From assembly GCF_000181795.1 (NCBI RefSeq), contig NW_003526941.1, positions 7,822,120-7,886,119 of the forward strand: a stretch of 64,000 nt of DNA. Direction: 5' to 3'. The notes under the pieces are model-generated. The model worked only from the letters and a program-made list of their open reading frames with translations. It was not told the origin of the DNA and did not search any database. Position numbers and translations under genes: made by a program. Numbering within the stretch: position 1 is the stretch's first letter; every line of letters begins with the position of its first letter. Origin of the DNA: Trichinella spiralis (lineage: Eukaryota). This document shows, in pieces, positions 1 through 12,587 of the stretch.

Positions 1-3000
1 ACTACTAGCACATTATTATCAGTACTATAATGAAAAGTATACTGACTTTTTGAAATCTATTAAATTGTAATGTTTCCACAATCTTTAAAAAAAGAAAACA
101 GCGTCACAACCTCGAATGCACGAAATTGGCCAAGTATACTTACAAATTAGAAATATCACAGCTCTTAACCATATAACAATAAAGATGAAATATCCTTTTC
201 ATCCATCAGCAACTAAGCAAATAATAAATCTCAAAACGGCAAAATCTATTTGCCTACAGCCGCGTCATTTGATTTAAATTAAAACAAAATGCACTCACTG
301 TGAAATGATATTTGAACACTGTTCAAAACCATTTTTCCGCATCTACAGTTTCCATAGAATCTGGGCAAATTGAATTTTGAAATAGAAATAAAAAAGCTCG
401 GTTCACCCGTACAATTGAAAAAAAATCACTATCCTTTTGTAGAATGCTATTTTGTTTCAATAAAATAGAAATAGTATGCTTGAAAATTCAAATGCCTGAA
501 GGAACGATTTTCAAAAGCACAAGTATTCAAATTTTAGCACCCAGTTCTATTTTTACATATTCAAATGAAAAATTGAAAATGTTCAACATTCACATTTACA
601 ATAGAATTTATAAGAAAATTTTAATCAAATTCAAATTTGAAGCCATTAATTTCTATTTTTTCACTTCAAATCAAATCAAATTTAAAATCTCTCTTTTAAA
701 TACAGTAAATAAATTGCAAAAATAGAATTGTTCAGAAGCGTCTTTTAAATATGAAATTTTAACGATATTACTATTATTAAAATGAGACAAGCAAGCAACC
801 AAATTTGCAATGATCGCTTTCATTACTTAAATAAATATTTACATTGGGGAAGGAAAAAAATTGTGATGTTTTGATGTCCTAAAAGCAATCATTTAAAACA
901 ATAATAATCATAATTTCCTAAATATGGATTTCATTGATAGCACAGATAACTGTGCTTGTTAAGTTCTACACGCAACCAATATTAAGGGGACATTTGAATT
1001 CCCTATGCGAATGGCAAAATTGCAATGTTAAAATGTCCACACGAATGCTGGCAACTTTACAAGTTGATTAATGATTTCTAACCGCATACTGGTAAAATAT
1101 TCATAACATTGCAAATGTAATTTTCTTGACAACAGACTTGAAACAATTTCTATTTTCACAGAACTGAGACCAATTTATCAAAAGCAATTAGAAAAAGAAA
1201 TACACACGTTTATGCATAATAATAATAATATTAAAAGCAAAAGTAGCAAAATGCACATTTCTTTACTGATGTTATAGAAATCACTGAAACTAATGCAAAT
1301 TAATTCTGATATTTTTATTAGCTAATTTTTTAACGAAAATAACAAAATTATAGATAAATGCTACAAATAATAAACTATTCTTCAAATTACACACACACAA
1401 ATATATATTTATATATACACTGACAAACTGATTGATAATGAATTTCTTTCAGAAATTCATTACATCTATTACAATAAATGTGCCTTTTAATAAAATTGCT
1501 TAAATAAAATGACCGCTAAAAATAAAAAGCGTCAACATTTTGAAGCCAGTCAATATGCTTAATTAAATGTACAGAAAAGACGGTCTATTTTTCTATAATT
1601 GAAAAAAATCTCATGAGAGATAGTGATAAAGCAAAAATCTTCCAAATGAACAATTTCAAAAGCATCACCTCATCTTGTCTCAAAGGCAGCTTTGATTATC
1701 GAATGCAATTTCCATATTCGCCATCATTGTTCAAACGATTTGAAAAATGCACGTGTTATTTTCAAATTCATTTGTAAAAAGCAAAGCAAATAATGCAAAG
1801 CTGATCGCTAATGTTACAAATAATTGTTACGAAATTTCACCCACTTTTGTACTGCAATTCGAAATCGAAATTCACTTTTGTACTGAATCATACTAGCATA
1901 AATATGAGAAATGAACCGTCAAATAACGATGTTATACAATTCTATTTCACAATTAATCTCTATGAAGCTGAAAAATTAAGAAGAAAATTAAAATATACGC
2001 TTACTATTTTGGGAGAATAAGAATGCTGGATTATGGATGACAAACTTCAAATTTAACAACACCAGCTTCTCTCAGTGCTGCTCAAATTTTAGCTAATGTT
2101 TTCATTTAGTATGTTCACCTGCTTTATTTGTCAACATTTATAAAAACGACCCATTTAAAGATTTAAATCTCATCTGCGTAACGAAACTACAGCGGAAAAA
2201 TAAAAATAATATACATTTAGAAAAACGCAATTAATAAGCAGTGATACATTTGAAAAAATATTTATTTTACTGATATTTCATTGATATGAAATGGAAATCA
2301 CACATTTAAAGGCTTAAATAAATAAAATGGCCACATTATTATTCTTTATGTATTTTTCAATGCAAACAATTGCATAACTGATATTCTTGAAAAAACAGAA
2401 TTATTAATTACAATAAATTTTGGTTAAGAAATGACTTGAAATAAATAAATTCCACAATTACATCTGTTCTTTATTTGACTAACTAATTCAACCTTTACAA
2501 CTGCAATACTATTTTCTTTGAAGACTTCAACTGAGCACAGTATCATGCTTAACTTGCCAAGCATAGCTAAACAAAGTGGTCGACTTTGAAATACACACAC
2601 ATATATATATCGAGAGAGAGAGAGAGAGGACATATCAGCTTCTTCTTATTGATAGCATAAAAACTGTACAAAAAAAGTTCCATAGTGCAAATTTGCATAA
2701 CATATTTACAAGCAAACAACATATGACCAACTACTTCCTTGGAATTAAAAAGACAACACACATTTAACTATCAGATAAATGTTTTGCTTCCATTCAAGAT
2801 AATTAAATAGAAAGCTTGCTTTCATTTAAAAACATATCAATGACAAATTCATTGATGATAATTTAAATTTAAAAAACATTAGTCAAAAAACAAATTAGTT
2901 CATTTATATGATCAGTTTGGTCAACATGATGCCTTTTTCCAAGAGAACTGAAGAGGAAAAGTGATTTCTATTCATTTCAATGAAACATACAAAATAAAGT

Positions 3001-5362
3001 GAAAAGAACCAATCAGAAACGCGCGGATCTGCATAATATACAGGCGGCTGCAAATAAAAAGAGCACTTTTATCAACGTTACACTTGCATTATTCATCGAA
3101 TTTGCAGACGCAATATCAACACAGCTGAGAAGCAATTCTATAAAACCATTTCTGATTGTTCAACACAATGCTATTTTCAGTTTATAGAAAACTTTTCAAA
3201 ACTTTAAACAAACCTATCCTCTTCTCGAACAATGGTACATTTCCATTAGTTAAACTTGCACAATTGTCCATTTAAACATTTAAAGATCCCTTTTGATTAA
3301 TTAGATATCATTTGCTAGTTATTACACTACCAATGGAAGCAGTAAAATCGATCGAAAAGTCAAGTCTAGTTTAGCTATTGTGCAAAGCAAGGCACAATGC
3401 GTAGGCTTTTTAAGCATGTTTTCTTTATCCAAGTGGTTTCTCTTTTGTTTCGGCAATGTTAAATTCCGTCACTCATAGAAAAACGATTATTGATATACCG
3501 ACATTTGTCAAATATCTTCGACCAACAAACCGACTACTAGTACTGCCAATAATAATTCAACTATTCATACGCTTTTTACACCAAATCTATCGTAATTATC
3601 ATCAAGCAGAATTTATTAACAACAATTTTCTATAATGCAAGTCAGTCAGAGAAACGATCATCAAGTTTGGAAAGAAATTATCTTAAAGTCAGAGATTAGT
3701 CAATAATTAAACCATTTTCCGATATCATACAAAGCACTTGTTCAGCAGAGCCAAGCCTACCGTAGGTCAGTCAGATCATTGATAATTAAACGACGTTAGT
3801 GGACAAGTGATCGGATACGGTTTAAATCGATCCACCACTGGTTATAATCGTCCTTGCCCATGAATAAATCTCACTGTCACCATCAAAAACTTCAATAACA
3901 ATTTTCACTAACAGCAACAAGGTTGAATAGACAAATTTCTCAATTTCGATTGATTTAATAAAATATGAACTGCACTTCTATATTCTCTTGATAAACATTA
4001 GTAAAGTTATCATTTAACTGTCTCGTTATAATCATTATTAACATATATGCATATATATATTCATCTACATGCATAAAAATAATGCAATACCAAATGAAAC
4101 TTAATTCATAAATCTTTCATATCATTTTCAACTAATATTATTCATTTTTTCCATCAGTAAAACTCTGTAATTTTCTAAAGTAAAAAATTACAAGTGTATT
4201 GAATAATACTAGCAATACTTTCGTAATTCAAATTCAACAACTAAATCATTAATAAATAAATAATCACCATCAACGAAAGCATAAATTCATTGGCAAACAT
4301 TTCAAATTATATATGCATAAATTCATATACTCTACTAGACTACAAACAATAATAACAGCATAATTTATTGACACTGAACTAATAATATTGGGCATTTTCT
4401 TTCTTGGAAATGAAAAAGCTACGTTGAAATCATTCACAAATGAATTATGAACAATTTGTTATTCAGAAGTGAATACATAAATGTTTTAAATGAAATTATT
4501 TTTCACTGTATCATTTTATTTGAAAAAAATAAAAAAATTAATATGAAATTTTTAGTTTAAAATATGTCTGTCCTTACGTATTACAATCAATTTAAACATT
4601 CATTTCAAATTATTCAACGCAGAAAAATGACTCTCCATCCAATAATCAACAGTATTTTAAATGCTACCTCTCTTTCTGCTGTATGCATTTTTGTTGCAAA
4701 AACAGCTTTATGTTTTAATTATGTTGACTTTGAGATATGTAAAATTTTATCGCTTTATTAATTTTTATTTTCTGCCTACATTTAACTAGAATAAAATTTA
4801 AAATAGCATTACTGTAATTATTGACCTTAATTATCAAAAACAAACATTTTCCACTTGCGCAATGCAAAAAATGTGAATACTCAATCAAAAAGCATCACGT
4901 GCTGTATAGCTATGTTCAAATTCAAATGTTAAACACATACAAAGCTGAAAGTGATATTTTCTTAAATTTTCCGTTTCCGTTAAAAAAAATTTCACATAAA
5001 AAGAATCAGTTGAACTGAATATTTTTTAGAACTATTTTTAAAGAAAACCCACAAGTTTCCCTTTTACATCCGGAAATACGAATGGCACAATTTCAATATT
5101 ACGCGGCAATTTCCGTTGTAGCGATATGAATTTGCATAAAATTGCCAAATCACTGCAACAACTAACAATATAAGTGAACACAGTCAGCGATAAATTATGT
5201 ACAACATTACTTAACAAATTCAACAGTTAATGACGACACTGCAAGCACAAACATCCATCCCCAGCCCAAAATTATGAAAAAAGTCAAACAAAAGAAAAAA
5301 TGCATCGCATCATGAAACAGACAAAACCATTACACAGAAACATATATATACATATATATTTT

Positions 5363-5404
5363 TATATATATACGTGTGTGTGTGTGTGTGTGCGCGCGCG
5401 CGTA
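5363..5404. repeat. Compound (TA)n(TG)n(CG)n alternating purine-pyrimidine tract
   Basis: tatatatatacgtgtgtg...tgcgcgcgcgcgta read directly. Confidence 0.9.
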
Positions 5405-5444
5405 AACGTATACAAAGTTAGACAGCGTTTACAACAACTTAAGA

Positions 5445-6554
5445 ATGCTATTGACAAGTATACTTTCTGTTGCGCTGATTTCACAACTATGCCATTGCAT
5501 TTTACAAGCGAATGTACCGATGTTGGGAAATCCATATGAGAAACTGAGACACAACGAAGTTTACCTAACCATTGCACGCTATCAGAATCCGTTAACAAAT
5601 GAACACATCATTCCGGGACTGTCGATTACTTATTTGGTATGTATTAAGACAGAAAAATTAACTTCATTAAATGTCACAATTCTCAATTAAATAACAAGGA
5701 AAATAATTGAAATTGAAATTTCAGCACGAAGATTCTGATTTTCCAGTAATGGAATGTAAAAGTGATGAATGCCGCGGATGTCTGCAAATCTACCTTGACG
5801 ACTACATCGATCAACAGGTGAATGAAAAATTGGTACTCGACGCCCTTCTCACGTTGGAATACATGAACTTGGAGCAAGATTATCGTCACTTTTGTGAAAA
5901 CAAGCAAAAACCATGGACAGTGAGAGATTTTTGTTACCCAAATTTGGCTGAACGCAAAGGTGCCGGCAGTGTCTTGGAACAATATTTCAGATCACAGCAT
6001 ATGTTACCGATCTGCTGGGAAGAGAAGCGCTCGAACAGAAACAGAAGATATATCAAACATCATTCCGAAACTACTTGTAAATAATTCCATTACATTTAAA
6101 TATTTTCTCAGGGGAAAAAGAAAAACCCCCAAATAATACTTAATTTTCTTTAATAGCGGAGATCAAAGTTGTGGAATGTTTCAAATCAGGAGACCCAATC
6201 ATGTCGATGCCAGACTCGATTTTCATGTGCAACGTGTGCACTGCTGTGCGAATCCTACCGAGAAATTTCACGCCAAGCATCATCAAGGAAATTATTTGCG
6301 ATCCTGATTCAGATTCGATGTGCTTATTAGGTTTGCAAAAATATGAATGCCAAAAATATTACTAAAATTAAAAGCTGTTTTTTTTTCAAAAAAATGTTCC
6401 AGGTCACGGAAAGTGTTTCCAAAATTACAACCCTGTGATGGTGAAAAGAATAGACAACAACGCTAAAGTGCAAACCATGCCCCTTCAGGCGAGAATGGGC
6501 TGCAACTGTGCTGTTAATCTAGACGGACCACTCGCAAAATATGCTTACTCATAA
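5445..6554 (+). CDS. Secreted cystine-knot-like growth-factor precursor, paralog A (~289 aa)
   Basis: Manually spliced exons 5445-5636, 5725-6076, 6157-6330, 6403-6554; all introns GT-AG and the frame is open. Signal peptide MLLTSILSVALISQLCHC, prodomain CKSDECRGC, furin-type site RSNRNRR. C-terminal domain VEC...CNVC-x19-C-x7-CLLGHGKC-x28-CNC. Confidence 0.85.
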
Positions 6555-7168
6555 ACAACTGTGCCGATTGTTGTTGATCTGTCTTATGCAAAAATCTTCT
6601 TCTATTGTCATTTTCATGATTGACTGAATCTTTGAAATAATATTTTAAAAAAATGTGATTTTCTAAACTGCTCTCTCCCATTGATTGGTCCTAGAAATAA
6701 AATGAAAAAATAAAATCAAATCAAATCAGACAATTTGCAATTTACAAATTACATCCAACAACACTCCGAACTTCAAATTCAACAATTTAATTCACATTCT
6801 TCATTTGGAAAAACATCAAAGTATCTAAAATATGCTCAAAAATAAAAAAATCACAACAACATTAAATTCCAATCAAAAAAATTTAAATAACATTCAGCAA
6901 ATTATTACTTTTCCTTTTCACCGGATGGTCCAATAATAATGCTGTTTTTTCTTCTAATTTTTTTAAAAACTGCCATATGTAGAGAATTAACAATATTCCA
7001 CTGGAACAGGTGTATAAAAAGAAAAAAAAGAGGAATAATATATCACTCGATATTAGTAAATGGATATAAAATTGCATAAAAATTTATTTACGATTTACGA
7101 GAAAGAAAATTCAAAAAACTTGTCATTGAAAAGTAATGTAAATTTTCTTCGCAGCAAAATCCAAATCA

Positions 7169-7432
7169 TCAATAATCAGGGCTCAGACATACTTCTGAAT
7201 TTCGGCTGTCCATTTTGCAACTTGGCCACAAAATGCAAGCATTTTTATCCTGATAGCAGAGCAACGTCAAAGCTAAGAAAAATACAAAACTGCAGATGTA
7301 ACAGGGTCGTCGTTCCAAGAAGAAAGTTAGCAGATATACGGCGACAAACATCGCATGGCTGTACAACATCGAAGGATGCACCAACGGCTTCGGTAGCAGA
7401 AGTACAGGAATCAACCACTGCAGACAGTACAT
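7169..7432 (-). CDS. BLCAP: Bladder cancer-associated protein (BC10) homolog, 87 aa, intronless CDS
   Basis: MYCLQWLIPVLLLPKPL...YLLTFFLERRPCYICSFVF closely matches the recalled BLCAP sequence (MYCLQWLLPVLLIPKPL...YLLSFLLERKPCTIC). A 3' splice acceptor ttttag lies just upstream (~7468-7473). Confidence 0.93.
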   Translation of the reverse strand: MYCLQWLIPVLLLPKPLVHPSMLYSHAMFVAVYLLTFFLERRPCYICSFVFFLALTLLCYQDKNACILWPSCKMDSRNSEVCLSPDY

Positions 7433-8106
7433 TGCTTCCGTACAATAACACCGATGCAAAATTGATCCTAAAAATTAAGCGCAATCAAAATTACATCAAA
7501 ACGAAACATTTGTGGTTGTAATGTTAATTTTAGACAGTGCAAATATTTCCTTTACAACAAGCTTTTTTCCCTTCTTTTTAAAATAATAATTTCTCGTCTA
7601 TTATATTAAACCAAATATGAAAAATATTTTTCAACTTTATCTTAACTTCAAATCAAAATTATTCTCAAATTTACTAAATAAAATTACCCAAACCGTGACA
7701 TTTCGGCACAGAACCACAACAAAAAAGAAACACAATACACTGATCAAAAATGCAAGCATCACGAATACCAAAAATTCAAAAAGAAAAAAAACAAAACGGA
7801 TCAAATATTACGTTTTCCTGTTTACAATTTCCTTTGACATTTGGTGAAAATTTTTCAGAAACTAAAAAATTGTACCCGCATGAAATTAGCAGAATTTGCA
7901 AAACTAAAAAATTACGATGAATGCGTGAAATCGTCATCATATAGTAGTGCATCGTAGCAAGTAAATTTCAAATATTCAACCAACATGACGTCGACTTCCG
8001 TTTCAAACAAAGCAATAAGCATATGCAAAAATGGACAGACAATACATGCTCCAATGCTGCAGTATATAAGGAACGGCTGCGTTGGAAGTGTTTTCAAAAA
8101 TCAAGA

Positions 8107-9396
8107 ATGCTTCTCTTGTGGATCGTCGCAGCACTGTTCCCAGTATGGATGCCCGAGGCGGCAAGCATTACAGAAACTCTGGAATTAATTGAATATAATC
8201 TAGAGACAATAAACAGTGCCGAAAATTATACAACTGAAAGGGTAAAACCATAAAAGCTTCATATTTCGCTCAGTGAAATTCAAATTCTCTTGCAGAGACT
8301 GCCAGCCTATTACAAGCCACGTTTGTATGCAGGCGTTTTGCAAGAAATCGTCTCCATAGACGCACAAAATATGCATGGTAGAATTTTATCCGACTACAAG
8401 ATAGTAAAAGTAATTGATGATCATTTGTTGGTCTTGGTTTTTCATAAAAATTTTCATTCAGGCAAAAGACAACAATACTTATTTCTTGTGTAAAAGTGAA
8501 AAATGCTTCAGCTGTATGAAAGCTTTATTGACAAAGATGAAAGTTATTTTAAAAGACCATGCTGATAGAAGTCAAATAAATGAACTGTGGAATGTTTATC
8601 AATTCAATCGCAATCTTCTGCCCTGCTTTTATGAAAATATGGAAGAAACCCGTTGTCAAAAAAACAGAGAATTCACGAAGCAAGAATTTTCACAATTTGT
8701 AAAAAATATTACTTCAAAACGCCTGCTCACTTGTGAACAGCAGAACAGAAAATACAACTTCACGTTACCATCTCGCAAAAAGCGAACTCCAAGTATGAAA
8801 ACTGTCATTAAATAGAAACCTTCTCATTTCATAGCTGCACTTCTTTCAATTTACATCCTAAGATTATAAAATTTTCAAGAAAATTTAAAAATGTGCTTTA
8901 TTACACTTGAAACAAATCATTCACATCTACTTTTATTGTTATTAATAATACTAATTTTCAAAGAATCAACGGAGCAGGATAGAAATATCGAATGTGTAGA
9001 CAACAAAGTTATGTACGATTCATCTGCACGGTATGGGTCCCTATGCAGCTATTGTGTGGGTATTCGAAATTTTGGAAATCAATATTCTCCAAGAATGATG
9101 ATAGAAAAGTATTGCAAAACTGAAGGTGCAACATTTTTTAACGGTACGTATAACATATATGATAATACGTAAGTTAAAAATGCTTCATCATTTTAGGACA
9201 TGGTACATGTTATACACTGAAAACGCCAGTGCACGTTTTTCGAAGTAACAACACTGAAATCATTTACGAGGCATACGAAAATGAAGAAAATTCAAATAAA
9301 ATCAAAATGAAGCCAATAAGTACTGAGACAACTATGCTGAAAGTAGGCTGCATGCCAACAATGCATGTAGCATCAGCATTACGAACCCTCATATAA
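8107..9396 (+). CDS. Secreted cystine-knot-like precursor, paralog C (~319 aa; lacks two knot cysteines)
   Basis: Exons 8107-8241, 8296-8409 (donor could alternatively be at 8404), 8462-8792, 8964-9143, 9197-9396. Signal peptide MLLLWIVAALFPVWMPEAA, prodomain CKSEKCFSC, RKKR site. C-terminal domain IEC...CSYC-x19-C...FFNGHGTC...VGCMP. Intron phases match paralogs A and B. Confidence 0.8.
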
Positions 9397-10761
9397 AGCA
9401 AGTTGTTGTTAAAATAATTCATATTCACCATAATAATCATGTTCATTATTTATAGCAGAAATTATGCTCAGAAATTCAATTTTCTGCCTGTCTCACATTT
9501 GACAAAATAATAACTCGAATGAATCAAAACATGATATCATTTTAATTAGCTCAAAATTTATAATGATTGAAAAGTAAATCATGAAATTTACTTTTAAAGT
9601 GCATTCTAAACTGTTGTGTTGATTATACAATGATTATAATTAAAAAATATTTCCGAAATATCCTGCACTTTTGCAAATTATACTTCAGAAACACATCATT
9701 CATTAACCTCAATTATATTTTTTACCTTACAAATTGTCGTCAATAATGTCAGTTCGTCTAAAGACAGCAACAACAACTATCTAATATCAGAATTTTCACA
9801 TCAATGCATCAAAGAAACAACAAAAACAATTTATAAAAAACAAATCTTTAGAAATAAACTGCCGCTATATAACTGGCGATAAAGTAGAAATTCAAAAATG
9901 AACAAACTGTTTGAATCACGAAAGACATATCTAGAAAAATTAACAAAACATACTAAAGTATAGGGCATTTCAAAAGTCTACTTTGATTGATAATACAAAA
10001 CCTTGCAAACTCAAAAAATATTTTACAGTCAAAAACGTGGTTAACAGAAACAAAAAGACATACCAAATTTCAAATGGATAGGATTCTAATCATAAATGCA
10101 ACATAAAACTGATCGCTTTAGTAAATAAAAGCTCTTCCGCGTGCACACATATTTCAACTATCAACCCATATAAAATGTACAGTACATATTGGAACCTCAT
10201 TTTCTGTTAAGAATTATTTTACTGTAAAAAATGAAATTTAACAGTGTACTTTATTAAATAAATAATTCAAAATTGGTATTTAAATAAAATTTTTTTTATA
10301 AACAAATATTTTGTATCACCGGTGGATTCATTTTTAGAATTAAAACCTGAAATTAAGCTACTAAAGAAAACCACTTTGCGGCATAATAAATGATTATTTA
10401 GAAAATAATAAAATACTATAATGTTGACGATGTTTGTAGTTTTTATTCTTCAGTTATTTATAAATGCATTTTCCGCTAATTATAACTTTTAAATATTCCT
10501 AAGTTAGTTCATGTTTCTTTCATTGCATGCTAATTTCGTATTTATATTTTAAATCGCTTACTAACCGAATGTATTTAATATTAAATTAAACAAATTCAAT
10601 TGAAGAAACAGTCCCTCCTTTCAATATTTTTAAATTTTAATTGTTCTTTTTTTTCAAAAGTGATTACCGTACCTCTATCTTACTAAGAGGCATACATACG
10701 TTATCAGTAAAGCTGTTCTTATCAGAGTACATATTTTTTGTAGATTTATTTTTGACACAAA

Positions 10762-12154
10762 ATGGGAGAATTAGCCCCTACAATACAAAACATTATTGAC
10801 CAGCAGAGCCTGAAATGGATCTTTGTTGGGGGAAAAGGAGGAGTCGGCAAAACTACTTGCAGGTGTGTAGTACTTTGTTTATTATTAAATTTATATATGT
10901 TTATTTTTTTAATAATAGCTGTTCTTTGGGAATTCAATTAGCGAAAGTCAGACGTCGAGTTCTGATAGTTTCCACAGATCCTGCCCACAATATTTCAGAT
11001 GCTTTTAGTCAGAAGTTCACTAAAACCCCAACTCAAGTAGAAGGCGTTGAAAACTTATTTGCTATGGTAATTATTAAAGTTTAAAATTTTATTTAAACTT
11101 TTGTATTTTATTTAGGAAATTGATCCAACTGTTCTTAATAATCCATTCTCTGAAGACGCTATGGAAGATGATAGTAAGTTTTGTGATTCTGTAATAACGA
11201 TCTGAATATTTTAATTAATGTTGTTTGTTTTTTTAAGATGTTCTTGCACAAGGAAGAAGTCTTCTTGTTGATCTCGCAAGTTCATTTCCTGGTATTGATG
11301 AAGCCATGAGCTTTGGAGAAGTCATGAAGTATTTTAAGTTTCTACTCTCTGGGCACATACATTTTCTTACATTTAGACTTATTCAAAACATGAATTTTGA
11401 CGTTGTTATTTTCGATACAGCTCCAACTGGACATACTTTACGTTTATTATCTCTACCAGATGTTGTAGAAAAAGGCATTCGAACATTTATGCGTCTGAGG
11501 AGAACATTTAATCCATTAGCAAGACAAGTATTGATTGCTGTTCCATTTACAATGCCTAATTGTTAAACATTTTTAGATAGGTTCCATGTTTGGCATGTCT
11601 GAAGTGGATTCAAATATCTCGCAGAAGGTAGATGACATTTATCCGGCGATACAACAGATTAGTGCTCAGTTTAAAGATCCGGTAGGAAATTTTATTATGT
11701 TTTTTACATATATACTTATATATATGTGGATGTGTGTCTATAGGAAAAAACAACATTTGTTTGCGTATGTATCGCGGAATTCTTATCTGTTTATGAGACA
11801 GAACGTCTCATACAAGAATTGTGCAAGCTGCAAATTGATACACACAATGTAATTGTGAATCAGCTTCTCTACCCAGATAAAGCAGAGGAATTCAAATGTC
11901 GTATGTGTGCTGCCAGACATCGCATTCAATCAAAATATTTAGCAGAAGTAAGATAAATATTTTGTTGTTGCTGCCCGTTAACATGTTAACGTTGTAAATT
12001 TTATTTGAAGATTGAAGATTTGTATTCTGATTTTCACATTATTAAATTGCCCTTGCAAGAACAGGAAGTACGTGGGGTGGAAGATTTGTCGAAATTTTCT
12101 GAAAACTTGTTGATTCCAAAGAAACTCGAACTGTTGACTTCAGAAAATTTGTGA
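10762..12154 (+). CDS. ASNA1: ASNA1/GET3/TRC40 ATPase (tail-anchored protein targeting), multi-exon
   Basis: [17 protein letters not shown]-loop, [46 protein letters not shown] and CRMC motifs across short introns; stop TGA at 12152-12154. Confidence 0.96.
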
Positions 12155-12587
12155 TACGGTATTATTGAATTTAATCACTGCAGAGATTTTATTGCTCTAT
12201 GCCTTCTGTTTGTTTTCTTTCAATTCCAGGTTTTTTGTTTTACACATTCCTTAAAAAATTTTTTATTCATGCAAACTCTCTACACGCCTATTTCGAGCAT
12301 GACACTTTAGTCTTTATGAATGAATCAAGGCTAAAATTGTCAACATGATAGAGAGTATTTATCGATGAACAACTATTTTTTTTGTTCAATTGTTTGTTTC
12401 AGTGTCAATTTCAGGTGAAATAATTCCAGCCACCTAATTTCTATACTTATCAAATATTTATTTAATTGATTGCATTAAAATAGCATTTCTTTTTATATTT
12501 TTTTCAGAACGGATCTGAATAAATAACTGCGATGTATGTTCTTTTATATTATTGACAGTATTGAATGATTGACTTTTAATTTCCAAA

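Noticed and set aside
190..199. ATATCCTTTT resembling a U12-type AT-AC 5' splice site
   Set aside because: No plus-strand exon context or matching branch point and AC end was identified.
7060..7521. 153-aa plus-strand ORF
   Set aside because: It is the antisense shadow of BLCAP and has no recognisable motifs.
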